Shown here piece after piece: positions 1-12,606 of a DNA stretch of 64,000 bases. Made by a program: the position numbers and the translations under genes. Under the pieces are notes generated by a model that searched no databases, was not told the origin of the DNA, and was given only the letters and a program-made list of their open reading frames with translations. The stretch is from Epiperipatus broadwayi (taxonomy: Eukaryota; Animalia; Onychophora), in contig JAQFVV010000005.1 in the NCBI GenBank assembly GCA_028023455.1, positions 22,320,001-22,384,000 on the forward strand, in the 5' to 3' direction. Numbering within the stretch: position 1 is the first letter of the stretch; each line of letters begins with the position of its first letter.

Positions 1-164
1 TTAGATGATATATATATAATGTAAATCTTTTTTAATACAGAATATTTTGTATATGTTAAATCAATATCATTAAATTATATAATTTACTCAATCACTACTT
101 TAGTTGAAATAGAATAATTTTTTAAATATATAAAGTTATGTTACATATGTATATATATTTATAG

Positions 165-290
165 CTCCACCACCTCCAAAAGAATGTGGACCCAGGGTGT
201 GTGGTCCAAATTCTCAGTGTTATATTGAAAATGGGAAACCCTTTTGTACTTGTAAACATGGTTTTACAGGAGCTCCACCTCATTGTAAAG
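165..290 (+). CDS. EGF exon: APPPPKECGPRVCGPNSQCYIENGKPFCTCKHGFTGAPPHCK
   Basis: tttatag acceptor at 163-164, gtaagt donor at 291; 126 nt; 6 Cys in EGF spacing. Confidence 0.92.
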
Positions 291-1665
291 GTAAGTACTA
301 GAATTTTAATAGAAAATACTTAGATATCAGTAATAAAGTTGTTGCAATTACTGGAGTGCTGATTTTAAAAGTAAATACCATGAATTATGCTCTATCAGTA
401 TAAATCACTGAAATTATATGCTATCCAAAAAAATATATAAACGAACAAACAGAAAACATAAGCAGCCATTTTTCTATCACCGAGAGCCATAGGTGATCAC
501 ATTTTAAAAAAATATAATTTATAAATAACTTTTACGATTCATCAGCTTTGTTCGTCTAGAAGCATCATAATTTCTTTGATCTATGTTGAAAGCACATACA
601 TTTTATTCTTCCTTTATTATCCTTTCAAATTTAATATGCAGTATTTCATGTAATAAAATGTTTTCTAAGATAATGCTAAAAGTTTTACAAAATTCAAGAA
701 AGTTGATACTGACTTAAAAAACATCAAAACAATTAAAGATTGTAGTTTCTTAATAACAAAACTACCATGACATTTTTATAAGAGAAAAAAGTTATTGAAA
801 AAAATAATATCACTCGGAGCATATTTAATTGGAATGAAAATCAGGATTACCAATTATGAAAATAGATGTAGGTATAAATAGTGAGTACAGAAGAAAGCAA
901 GTTTTTTCTTCCCTTGCGATGTTCCTGGTGCTGTTAGTGCTGGCATATTAGTGCAGTTGTGTTTGGTGCTGTCATAATATATTTGACTGGAGTGAGAAGG
1001 ATCCAGGGGGGGAAAGCAGTCAAGAAAATGGTGGTGAACCTTTTTCCTCAATGAGGGATTGGATTTCAGAGACTGAGCCTTTGTAGGTGCCAATAGCTGG
1101 TTAGGTCAACAAACACATCACACAGATCTTATTTTATTTTCATATGCCTGATGGGCTTTATAGGATTTATTAGAAAGAGAACTTATCTTGTAAACTAGAT
1201 TTAAGAATAATATTGATTGAGTTAGAATATAGTGAATGATGAACATTAGTGAGAATGGAAAATACTAATCAATGGAAGAGAAGAATTTATTGATCTTGGT
1301 TGTAAATACTTAAAATGTTAACTGTCCTTTATATATATGATTTATGTTGTTTAAAGATTAATAAATGTTAATTAATTATTACTATCGTTAATTTCTCTTC
1401 TCTTATTTTTTCTTTCATTTAACTTGTTGGTATTCATATAAATTCATTTTAGAATACACAATAACAGCTATCCAATTTTTTTTAAGAAGCAAGAATTTAA
1501 TCTATTAACTTCAGAGCCATCCACTGTAAACTTGAATAACTAGTAGATATTAGATGGTTGCACAATAACAAACACCTTCAAATTAGGTCTCTAAACCGCT
1601 TGCACCTACACATTCTTTATTTACATATTTTCTAAATGCAACTCATTTTTTTATTATATATATAT

Positions 1666-1862
1666 TAAAACAAAACACTGGTATTCAATCTACAATTTTC
1701 AATATAATAACACAAAAATAAATAAATAACAGCTGCCACTAGCTTACGACATGACTGCCATCTTCAAATAAGCATTTACTCAAGATGACAGTTATGTCAT
1801 AAGTTAATTATTCCACATAAATATATTGAAAATTGTAGATTTAATTCTAGTGTTTTGTTTTA
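1666..1862. repeat. MITE-like fold-back with outer and inner inverted repeats
   Basis: taaaacaaaacactggtattcaatctacaattttcaatat pairs with atattgaaaattgtagatttaattctagtgttttgtttta; inner cttacgacatgactgccatctt pairs with aagatgacagttatgtcataag. Confidence 0.7.
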
Positions 1863-2094
1863 TTGTATACTAATGTGTTTGTTATATATATATATATATT
1901 TATATGTAGATCACATTTTGCCTCCCTTCCATGTTCCATTATTTATAATTTTGACAATGATGTAAATCCATCAGAAATTTACTCTTAACTAATTTTATAG
2001 AATCAAAATATACCAAAATTCTTAATTATATAATTTTACATAGAAATCTATCATGATTTTCAACTACCTATTTATAACTTTCTGTTTCGTGTAA

Positions 2095-3425
2095 TTATAG
2101 GCGATTTGAACACAGAATTTCAAGATTCCTTCAATTATCCATAACCACACACATGTGAAAAAGATAAATGATCTCTGATATACATATCTTGTGCAGAATC
2201 AGTACTCATCAGTTGGTCCAGATCATCATCTCCCACACATATATAATCAGTGTCTGGTTTATATTAACATAGAAAATCTTGAAACTTTAATAGACAGGCT
2301 TCAATCTATTCCACTCTCCAATTCTTCTGCCATCCATACCATTGAAAATATGATGATGGAAATGCCCAAGTTCCTTGTTGATGCCATTATTAATGTCATG
2401 CCCATGTTGACTTTGTTGCTCTAACCCCTTATAGAACCTTATCCATTTAAATACACAGAAAAGGGATGGTCAGGATACAGGCTCAATCTGTAACATTTGA
2501 ATGCAAGCATACTTTATATAATTAGAGTTTAGATGTTATTATAGGGGGTTTGAACACAGACTTTCAATCTTCCTTCAGATATCCACTTTATCTCATACAA
2601 CCGATATACATGAACAAACACATGTGAAAATGGTAAATGATCTCCAATATACATATTTCATGCTGAACCAGCACTCATCAGTTGGTCCATATCATCATCT
2701 CCCATATATATATAATCAGTGCTCAGTTTATATTAACATAGCAAATCTTGAAACTTTAATGGATAGGCTTCAACCTACTCCACTCTCTGACTCTTTAGAC
2801 ATCCATATCATTGAAAATCTGATGATACAATACCAAAATCCCTTGTTGATGCCAATATTAATGTCATGCTATGATTAAGTCACACTAACCCCTCATGTAT
2901 AGGATCATATTCATTTAAATACACAGAATAGGGTTGAGCAGGATACAGATACAAATATTACAGATCTAGCCTTATCCTGCCCATCTCTCTTCTGTGTATT
3001 TAAATGGATAAAGTTTTATACATAAGGAATTAGTGTGACTTAAAGTCAACATGGGCATGACATTAATATTGACATAGACAAGGGATTTGGACATTCCATC
3101 ATCAGATTTTCAATGACATGAATGGCTGAAGAGTTGGAGAGTGGAATAGATTGAAGCCTGTCCATTAAAGTTTCAAGATTTTCTATGTTAATATAAATTG
3201 AGCACTGATTATATGTGTGTAATGATGATTTGGACCAACTGATGATTGCTGGTTTGGCATGAAATATGTATATTGGAGATCATTTATCTTTTTTACATGT
3301 ATGTGGTTATATATAGCAGTTGTATGAAATAGAGTGGATAGCTGAAGGAAGTTTGAAAGCCTGTGTTCAAACCCCCTATAATTACATCTAAACTCTAAGT
3401 ATATAAAGTATTCCTGAATTCAAAT
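2095..3425. repeat. Repeat family A: two direct ~400-450 bp copies followed by an inverted copy (about 930-bp palindrome, 2495-3425)
   Basis: Copies at ~2095-2480 (+), ~2495-2946 (+) and ~2973-3425 (-); apex gcaggata...tatcctgc; the unit carries a tRNA B-box-like ggttcaaatccc motif near its outer end; a further copy at 63625-64000. Confidence 0.85.
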
Positions 3426-3452
3426 ATATTATCTTATATGTATATAAACTGA

Positions 3453-3691
3453 AAATGCCAATAGCTAACTAATCATACATATAAGTTATATCAAATCACC
3501 CCAGCCAATGCTTAAAATTAACCAAGACAATATTTGCAATCTGTTGCTAAGACTTTGTCAAGGCAACACTCAGATAATAAACAGAAATATTTTTGCTTTG
3601 ACAACAGATTGCTGATATTCTATTGGTTCATTTTAAGTACGGGCTGGGGTGATGTGATTTACATCTGATAACTAATTAGCTGTTGGCATTT
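3453..3691. repeat. Diverged MITE-like fold-back (~240 bp)
   Basis: aaatgccaatagctaactaat...atcaccccagcc...gcaatctgttg pairs with caacagattgc...ggctggggtgat...aattagctgttggcattt. Confidence 0.7.
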
Positions 3692-4281
3692 ATGACTTAC
3701 ATAACATATCAGAGCCAAACTTGCTTGTAAGCTACCAATAAATACTTCAATAAACTGGCCACATTATGTAAAGACTGATTCAGTGATTTGATGCAATGAT
3801 AAAAATTACAGACTTTGGAGCTTAAATTCCATGGACTGTAGCCCAGTTCTATCATTTTTCGTTTTTGAACTTCTTGTAATCTTGCAAGCAATAGTAATAA
3901 GAATAAAATAAAAGTGTAATATTATATTAATTGCACTATTCAAGAAAATGGGCTAAATTTGTTTCTTCTTAAGTTTTACCTTACTAGTTGATCTGGGAAA
4001 ATCTGCTACTATATACTTCAGTGATCTCAGTTATATACTATATGGATGCTTGGTGGCAAAAGATAGATATCAAAATTATATCTACTGAAAATCAATAGCT
4101 GGAAAATAGCTGGGGTTTTTTGTTGTTCTTATCGTCTAATATCCATTTATTTTTTATGTTTACATCAATGATCGTGTTGTGATTGAATGATTGCTATTAA
4201 ATGTCGATTCAATGTAAGCTAGAAAAGCTATGCATTACTTTGTTTTGGTAACTGTTATAATGCTTTAATATTTTTTTGTAG

Positions 4282-4410
4282 CAATTGATCCCTGTTTGTC
4301 AAATCCATGTGGTTTTCAAGCTATTTGTAAGAGTCGCCCTAATTCTTACATATGTGAATGTCCAGAGAACTTTCTTGGGGACCCATATAGTCCATCTAGT
4401 GGCTGTTTTG
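4282..4410 (+). CDS. EGF exon: AIDPCLSNPCGFQAICKSRPNSYICECPENFLGDPYSPSSGCF
   Basis: tttttttgtag acceptor, gtatga donor at 4411; 129 nt; 6 Cys. Confidence 0.92.
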
Positions 4411-4501
4411 GTATGAAAATTTATTTGTTTTTAGAAAAAGGTGTTAATTCACATTATTGATCATTTATTTTTGCTTACCATTTATATATCTGCTTTTGTA
4501 G

Positions 4502-4627
4502 ATGTTATTGATTTGCAGTGTTCCGATGTTGTTTGTCCATATGGTAGTATATGTCAGAAAAAACATGGGGTTGCCTGTGTGTGTCCACCAGGACATACAG
4601 GAAATCCATTTAGAGAAGGCTGTATAG
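4502..4627 (+). CDS. EGF exon: DVIDLQCSDVVCPYGSICQKKHGVACVCPPGHTGNPFREGCI
   Basis: gcttttgtag acceptor after a 91-nt intron, gtttgt donor at 4628; 126 nt; lies inside track ORF 4441..4647. Confidence 0.92.
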   Translation: MLLICSVPMLFVHMVVYVRKNMGLPVCVHQDIQEIHLEKAV

Positions 4628-4694
4628 GTTTGTATTTATTTTTATAAAGTTTTGTTAATAGAAAAAAAAAATTTCAGATGTTAAATTAACTTTT

Positions 4695-4796
4695 TTTTTT
4701 TCATGTATCATAGCATCGGCCGGGAAGCGAACCCGCTAACCCGGGACAAATGCTTGTAAGGCAGTTGTGCCGGCCACTCGACCACCAACATTTGAC
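4695..4796 (-). mobile_element. Young retroposed tRNA-Gly(TCC)-derived short SINE or pseudogene with poly(A) tail
   Basis: Minus strand 4791-4712 reads ATGTTGGTGGTCGAGTGGCCGGCACAACTGCCTTACAAGCATTTGTCCCGGGTT[AGCGGGTT]CGCTTCCCGGCCGATGCT, colinear with eukaryotic tRNA-Gly(TCC); A-tail is the T-run at 4691-4701; 17-bp direct repeats atgttaaattaactttt at 4678-4694 and 4797-4813. Confidence 0.8.
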
Positions 4797-4896
4797 ATGT
4801 TAAATTAACTTTTAAGTACAAGTTATGAATATTGACAAATTATATGATTAAATGTAATGGTGGCTGATTTTTGTGTGATAAAACATTCAGTTAAAT

Positions 4897-4955
4897 TTTT
4901 ATCATAATGGTAGAGTATTAGACTCAAATGCTAAAGATCCCTGGATCAAAGATCA
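4897..4955 (+). mobile_element. Decayed tRNA-derived SINE head
   Basis: ataatggtagagtattagactcaaatgctaaagatccctggatcaaa resembles A box, anticodon arm and B box in order. Confidence 0.4.
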
Positions 4956-5106
4956 ATTTTGTTACATCTATTCGCAAATCTGATATGATTTACTGAGGAG
5001 CAAACCATTAAATTATTATTTTTTGCTTAATCCTAATCATTTTATATTAGAAAGATGGATTTGAAAATTTCATAAAAATTTAGATTTGCAAACAAATGAT
5101 CTAAAG

Positions 5107-6311
5107 CAGTGGTCTTCAACCACTGGGTTGCGGACCAGCACTGGGCCGCAGAAGTTTTCTGTCAGTCCACATGCTAGACTGGGAAGAAAGTTTGTAATAA
5201 CAAAATAATAAGATTTTAAACTTTTAATTAATATAAACAATTTTTATTTATTTTTTCATCGCATTTTTACCCAATTAAAAAAAAAGAAACAGAACAAAAA
5301 CAAAATCTAATCAATCATACATAAATTAATTTGTTATTCTATTTATCACAGATGTTTATGGGAGGGGGGTAGAAAAAAGTTTTTTATTATACAAACTCCG
5401 GTTGTCTTTTGATAGCCAATCACAGCCGCTTGTCAGTGTTGTTAAAACATAAAATGTAATGTGACTTTTTTTGATCTCTTAAATTTTTTCTACTCTCTCT
5501 TTTAATATTTCATTTTCAGTATTTTTTTTTTTTTGGCTATATGGCAATTTTTTTGGGGGATTTAACTTTTATTTTTGAAATCAATTTTTATTACCTTTTT
5601 TTTAAAATAAAAACAAAAAATAAGTTTTGTCTCTAATTTTTACAAAGTATTTCTCAATACACCCCCACCACCCCAAAATAAAGTAAGATCAAAACTTTTG
5701 ATTTTTTTCAAGTTTCATTTTTTTTTGTTTAAAAATACAGCCACTTCTTTTTGGCCTATAAGGCGATATTTTTTTTGGCTTTTATTTGTATATCACTAAA
5801 ATACTAAAACTTTTATTTTTAAAACCAATTTTTGTTACTTTTTTTAAAAATAAAAACAAACAAAAAAATAACTTTGGTGTCTATCTTTTTTCTCAGTGAT
5901 GACAAAGTATTTCTCAACCCACTCCTCCCCCAAAATAAAAATAAAATAAGATCAAAACTTTTAACTTTTTCAACATTCAGGTGAATAACATTTTATTCTT
6001 GCATGTTTTAACAATGAAATAATAAACGTAAAATGCAAGCACATTAATGAGAACGATTATTGTTATTGTACTGTTTTCTGTAGCAGTATGACTACGCAAC
6101 TCAAGAAAAAGTGTTCAACATGTGAAGGTAAGCAACACTATTACAATACCCAATAACTAGTATGCTCTTTTGGTCAGTTATAACAATTATGCTTATCTAA
6201 AGCTAAGCAGGTTACATCTTTAAGAAAATTTATCTGTAAACTTCTGCCGATCCACAAAATCTTATTCTTATTTTTGGCAGTCTGCAGGTGTGAAAAGGTT
6301 GAAGACCACTG
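5107..6311 (+). mobile_element. Non-autonomous hAT (Buster/Charlie-type) element, 1205 bp
   Basis: Perfect 15-bp TIRs cagtggtcttcaacc (5107-5121) and ggttgaagaccactg (6297-6311); degenerate 8-bp nnnTAnnn flanks atctaaag and gtttagaa; internal ~200-bp duplication (~5530-5720 and ~5750-5975). Confidence 0.85.
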
Positions 6312-7426
6312 GTTTAGAAAGTCATATGACATTCATGTGACAAAAGTGACAACTGATCTGGGACCTGTAAATCTTTAGTGCTCATGCCTTCCGTTCTATC
6401 ATTGCATTAATCCATGCAGTGTGAAATAAAAGTGAAGAGAAATGAAGGAAATAGAGATTTATTGCTTAAGCCTTTTGTGAAGACAATGAGGAATAATATT
6501 GGAACTAATGAAACAGCTTTTATTAAAATGAGATAGGAAAAGGCAATGCATCAATGCTGACAGTAATTTGGAAATTGTGATTTGGAGGGCATAATAAATG
6601 TAACAGACATAAAGAAACTTCTGATTTTACCTAAAGAAAAGCCATTTTTATATCACACCATACCCATATGAATTGATAAAATTATTTAATCATAAAATAT
6701 TATATGATTCTTTCTGTTTATGCTTAATATGAGCTTTCAGGATAAAACAATAGATTGCTCTGGAGTAGAATGTAAGAGAATTAATCCCGACAAAATATTG
6801 AATAATTCAAAGCATCATCAAATAAATTGGAAATCTGATCAGGGTAGAAGTTATATTATTTTTGTGCCCTAGGTAAAATCAGCTACTTGCTCCCACCTTT
6901 CCCAAATTTCCAACTTCGATTTTTAGAATAGTTTTGTTGATAAGTCATAAAGCTGATTATCTTTCAAAAAATAACTAGCTTGTGTAAAACCATTTCTCTT
7001 AAAAGTTAGTACTGCACTCCTCAATAAGCTCTGCATCCTAACCAGCTCCTTTGTTAACATAATGGTAGCTCCAGAAAATTTGGTTATCAGGTAAAAAGAG
7101 AAAAAATGATGAATCAGATAATGACTTTGGGATATTTAGGCAAAAAGGTACTACAATTCTCATAATAGTTGTTTGACATTGCTTTCTATCTTTTTAATGT
7201 AAGGATGTACTTAATATTTTAAGTATTTAATCGCCACAATAATGCTTTATGATCAGATCAATCTGGCATAATCTATCCTGCCAAATACTTTGGTACTTTT
7301 GTCTTGATAATCAGTTACAATTGAGAATTTATTGAATGTTTCAATTTTTGTAGATAATCAAGTATCTTTTTTTTTAATTATTTAAAAAAAAACCTAAAAT
7401 ATTTATTATTATTATTATTATTTTAG

Positions 7427-7552
7427 CTATTAATCCCTGTGAAAGTTCAAAACCTGTTTGTGGAATCCAGGCAATTTGTTCCATGGCCAAAGGAAAAGCT
7501 GTTTGTACTTGTCCACAAGGCTATACCGGTAATCCCAAGGTTGAGTGTGTAG
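7427..7552 (+). CDS. EGF exon: AINPCESSKPVCGIQAICSMAKGKAVCTCPQGYTGNPKVECV
   Basis: attattttag acceptor, gtaagc donor at 7553; 126 nt; 6 Cys. Confidence 0.92.
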   Translation, partial: LLIPVKVQNLFVESRQFVPWPKEKLFVLVHKAIPVIPRLSV

Positions 7553-7886
7553 GTAAGCTCACATAATATTCATAAATATTATACATTATAAAATATTGGT
7601 GACTCCCATGTTAGTATGATAATAATAATATAAACAAACAATGTTAACATACTCTTCCATGTACTTTACAAAATGCAAATACATTAATATTTTATTATTT
7701 CAAACTTCTAAAAATAGCTAATAGTTTCAATTCTTCTACGGTTTTCTTCAGAGCTATTTCAACTATTTTAAAAAAATACAATTATATAATAATAATGAAC
7801 AAAATATTTTATTCTTAGAAGTTTCTTTCATTCCAAAAAAGTGGAATTTTAAAGTTTATTTAAATGTTACTGGTTATTGAAGAAAT

Positions 7887-8083
7887 AAACATCACATGAC
7901 TACCTCCTCTTATGCTTGTGTATAACTGTTGTTAAAACAGGCAAAACTCACTATATATATTGCCACACACAGCAAGCTAAAGTAATCAATGGATGCCAGA
8001 AGGCTTGCATAAAATTCCCATCTAGTGCCTACTCATCTGATATCCCCAGATTCGTTTCTGGCTTATGGCCTTCGCCAGTGAGG
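7887..8083. repeat. Repeat family B, left arm only
   Basis: aaacatcacatgac...aaaacaggcaaaac...aatcaatggatgccagaagg...catctagtgcctactcatc matches the left arm of the palindrome at 21451-22040. Confidence 0.85.
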
Positions 8084-10064
8084 TTTTTCTTGAAAAAATG
8101 TAAGTAAAAAACTTTATGATGATACAAAGCCTCCATTATTTGTTTTTTTATAAATCGATCGATCCTTGGAATATGTGCAAAAAATATTACTAAAACATTG
8201 TATTGAACATTTGACTAGTGACTGGATCTGTCAAACTGATCTCCATCCAGTTAGTCTAGAAACAAAGTATCCAATAAAATAAAAAAACAATCCTTAAAAA
8301 GTCTTGGAATTTAGATTTATAAATCAAATATCCACTATAGATTAATTATTGTAATAAAAAACAATGAAGTATTAACAGTGGTAATAAATATACTAATAAT
8401 CATCATGAAGTACAGAAGTACTTTCAGTTATTTGCAAAACCATTTTCAATCATAAATCTTGTAAATTTGATAAAACTAATGGAACAGCTTTTATTATCAC
8501 TTGTAATTATTACAAATGATAAATATTATGTGGCTGTTTTATGTCTATTCAAGAATTATTTTATTACTACTGCAGCACATATTAACAAGATACATTGTTG
8601 TAAAGCAGTCTGTTGTTTGTAACAAATTGCATACTTAAATGTAAGGCAAAACTTATTTTGATTACTTATCTGAAAGTGTAGTCACTATTGAACATAGAAT
8701 GAAAGTCTGTGATATAAATATAAGCTATTTGAGTATCCCAAAGATTCACTTAAATGCAAAAGATATAATAATCACATACACAGAATATAAATTATTCAGC
8801 TGATATTTTATGAAGATTTTATTGCTTCATATTATTTCTATCAAAATGTAGGTGGGATATTACATATGCATAAATCTGTAGTAGAGTTTTATATTATCTC
8901 ATGGATTAAAGAGTTATCTTGTGTTTGTAATTAGTGATGCAGTCTTATAGGGCTTACTTGCTCTTACTGGTATTTATTTATCATTTGAGATGATGTTTGA
9001 TGCGATAGTTTTCTCTAACGTCCCATATTTTACTGCTATTTATTGAGGCTTACACCCATCGGAAATAATGCTACTGTCCACTACTTGCATTTTTAGAGAT
9101 TTTTTTTTTTATCTGAAGGCTAAAGACACATTATGGGCATAATTCTTATGATTATAATTCATTTTATAAATAGTTTCACCTCAGTTTTTTTCCTTAATTA
9201 CAAATTGAAGTACAACTTTTGGGGCCAACAGAAGTAATCACTTAACTAATTATTAAGATTGCATTATATAGAATATGAATTGTACAAATCTTATTTGGAT
9301 GTACTATACAAATAGCAGGATCATATATCTTCTGTGAGTAAATACTTTTTATTTAAAACCAAACATAAACTTTGAAATGTAAGCAATAACTGCTTAAATA
9401 CTAGAAAAGGTTTTCCCCTGAATTCAGCACTACAAAAGCTCTAACGAAAATCAATTTCAAGTAAAGACTTGGCAGCCATGATTGTTCTGACTAAAGAACC
9501 AATATATCATTTAAATAACATCCAGAATTAAGAAAGATTTTGAGATTAATGAACCACTAAGTCAAGAATGTTATTAAAAGCTATGTTCTTATAAATTTTA
9601 ATTGAACTGAAAATGCAAGATATTATTTCTAAATGGCTGATGGTGTTGAAATCCAAAATATTCAATCTATCTCTGGTCATCAATTGTTATTGTTGAAGAC
9701 AAAAACGACTTCTTTATTACTGAATTGAAAAAAAAAAAAAGAATTAGAAGATTCTGTAAGAATCATTAGGAAAACACGATATTTGATTATATGACCTATG
9801 GATAGAAATTTCAAACGATGTTTAATAAGAAGCCATTTTATATCACATGACATTAGAACCTATTTATTTCAGTCTAATGTTAGATTCATGACATTTCATT
9901 TTTTTTTTTTTAGTTTTAAAATTTAAAAGTCAAATATTTTTATTAACTATCTTTTAAAAAATCATAATTTTTTTTTTTAATGTTTATTTTGTATTTATAA
10001 AAATACATTTAAATCAATAAAATATATGCACAAGTATGTAATGTTTAATTAATGCATTTTTTAG

Positions 10065-10169
10065 CTCCATGTGATGTATCAGAATGTCCAGAAAACAGTT
10101 ACTGCATTGATGGTGGATGTGAATGTAATGAAGGATATGAACCTGATGAAACTTTTCAATATTGTGAAC
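10065..10169 (+). CDS. Short EGF exon: APCDVSECPENSYCIDGGCECNEGYEPDETFQYCE
   Basis: gcattttttag acceptor, gtaaga donor at 10170; 105 nt; 6 Cys. Confidence 0.9.
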
Positions 10170-10789
10170 GTAAGAAACAATTCTCATTTATCTATCTATT
10201 TTTCTAAATTTTATCTATCTTTAGTCTAAAAATTAATATTCATCTACTTTCATGCATGTATATAAAATAAAATAAAATAAAATACCGGAATAATCTACAA
10301 TTGTATACTATTTTATAAATAAATAACATATATAACTAGCTTACAGCATGACTGCTTTCTAAACACCATTTACTGTTTATATATATATATATATAATTGA
10401 CCTATTCATTCAGTATACTAAATGTTTACTATAGTAAATAGAGTGATTTGAACTTAGGATTTTCAGTCTATATATATATATATATTGTAAGGGTAGCTGA
10501 CTACCCCATAAACCCAGCCTCTATATTAATCCACACCACCAAACCAAGCCCATTCAAAACATAAGCTTAACTAATAAGTGGTTGAATGTACGCTATCTTT
10601 TCTTTTTAAGAATATCTATACATACGCGATGTTTACTTTGTTAAATATTAAAGTAATTAAATGTCGCAATAAACTAATTTTCCTTACTTAATAAAAAGAG
10701 AAAAATCCCATTTAATGAAAGGAAATAGAATTAAACACTTTAAAGAAATCATTTAAATATATATATACTAATAATCGACTAATGATCAA

Positions 10790-11560
10790 TGTATTGAACA
10801 GCACGAGTTGAGATAGAGATTAAGGAAGTGCAGTGATGACCCAATGTCAAGCTAATGCATTGGGCAACCAAGTGTGGAAAATAAAATTAGAATTCTATTA
10901 CATAATTCTGTAAATTAATTACTATTAAGATAATTTAGCAACAATAGGTAATTGCAGCAATGTCAAAGTAAATGGAAGATTTAGTATACCAAACACCAGA
11001 AACTAAATTCAGCATAAAAAAGCAAACTCAGGTTATTTCCATTCTCTTTTTTTTTTAAATATTGCATTAGCCATAGAAAGTCAACATTGTGAGACTGAAT
11101 TTTCGAATGCAAAGAAAAATGGATGCCTTATTCAAATATTCTGACTTATCCATATAAGTTTATAGCATAAAACCAAAAGAAATTAAAATCGACATTTGAA
11201 TTAAGAGAGGTTTGATAAATATGTACACCTTAATAAAATAAATGAATTGTTTTCAAAGTGATATTGGAGAAACAACAATAATATTTGAACATAAACAGAA
11301 AAGGAATAAAACATCGCCAGCAGTTAGACAAAATGATGAAGTAATTTCTCTTGCATATAAAGCCTTTAAATGTCAAACCACAAATAGAGAAAAATTAATT
11401 CTATTATAAATCACTGTACAATGTATTCTGGCTAAATTACTAGTGCCATAGGACTAAGTGCCATTATTCTGACCCTGGAAGTGCAATGACTTCATTTACT
11501 TACTCTTGTAATGCCTGAAGGAAGACCAATTGTCCTACACCAAATGTCTACATGAATTGA
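10790..11560 (+). mobile_element. Heavily decayed Penelope-like element (RT C-terminus and GIY-YIG remnant)
   Basis: Frame-broken peptide NCFQSDIGETT...AVRQNDEVISLA resembles the PLE CxxC-YIGET...EH..AVR motif; followed by ctgaaggaagaccaattgtcc, a decayed hammerhead-like motif near 11516-11540. Confidence 0.45.
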
Positions 11561-12606
11561 GAGAAAGAACAACTGGAGAGAATTGATGCAATATTATTTT
11601 GAGCATATTACATAAGGATTCCAATGAGTGATGAATATTTTACTTAAGGAGAGCAGTCTAAAAAGAGATAGACTGTACTCATAAAATTGTTGCCGAACTC
11701 ATGAACATTAACCAAGATGATTTAATGAAAGCTTTGATTTTGTTACATATTCTTACCATATATATATATATGTTTGTATCTTTTTTTTTTTATTTCCACA
11801 TTTGGAAGTGTAAATGTTTATAACTTGGAAGAGTCCATTATAAATGGAAGCAACAAAAAGAGGGGTAATCATTAAGTTAGATAAGTTTTTTTTGTTTGTT
11901 TATGTTTGAAATAAAGTTTAGATTGGCTTTCCCTCTGCAGCGACTTGCCATTGATCATCATAATATGGGATAAGGTAATAGGTTTGGAATAGTAATTACA
12001 TTCAATTGTTGATATGGCAGAAATCATTCTTGACGCATATAATTACACTATTTTATCTTATTAAAAAGTTTAAAATTTTTTTTTATTCTGTTACCTTATC
12101 TAATAAATGTTATAGAATTTATTCATATCAAAATGGTCTCTAGTTTACTAAAATCATCTTGCAATCACTAATCAACCAGTATCCTAGGATATGCATACGC
12201 ACGCACCTCACTCATATAATAATACTGAAATATACTTAGGAGGATATTAAAATCAATTGTAACCTATATAGAGATGCAGCAGGTGTTAACTTGTATAAGT
12301 TCATCCCTGAAGAGAGTAAAATGCAGAATTCTCTCTTAAGTTTAAATACGGAGGCATAATGGGACCAGAAAGGGGGGTTAGATGTTGGATGAACTAGACC
12401 AAATTGTATCTAGATTTAATGAGTAAATGCAGAGCTAGCCCATTGGAGGTGGATACGATCATATGTTATGTATTTCATCGCACCATTGGCAGCACCCTAC
12501 CAGAAGACACTAGGTCTGACCATAGTAAGATGTGTTCCCCCTCTCTTGTGGAAACACCGGCCCATTAAAATGCTTATATACTAACCCTCTGGTTGAAATA
12601 TTAAAC

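Noticed and set aside
2191-2878. Paralogous small genes (track ORFs 2191..2424 and 2624..2878)
   Set aside because: They are copies of repeat family A, frames are not conserved between copies, and no domain is recognisable.
4712-4791. Functional tRNA-Val(TAC) gene
   Set aside because: The body matches tRNA-Gly, the acceptor stem has a mismatch and three G-U pairs, the T loop has an 8-nt insertion, and it has a poly(A) tail and TSD.
6084-6127. Additional host exon (AG...GTAAGC, with CSTC in one frame)
   Set aside because: 44 nt long, TGA in the phase-1 frame, and inside the hAT element.
8400-9860. Decayed transposase or Gypsy remnants
   Set aside because: Short motif echoes only; no colinear series of motifs could be reconstructed.
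12305-12345. Hammerhead motif ctgaagagag...ctctc
   Set aside because: No GAAA after helix II and no convincing helix I.
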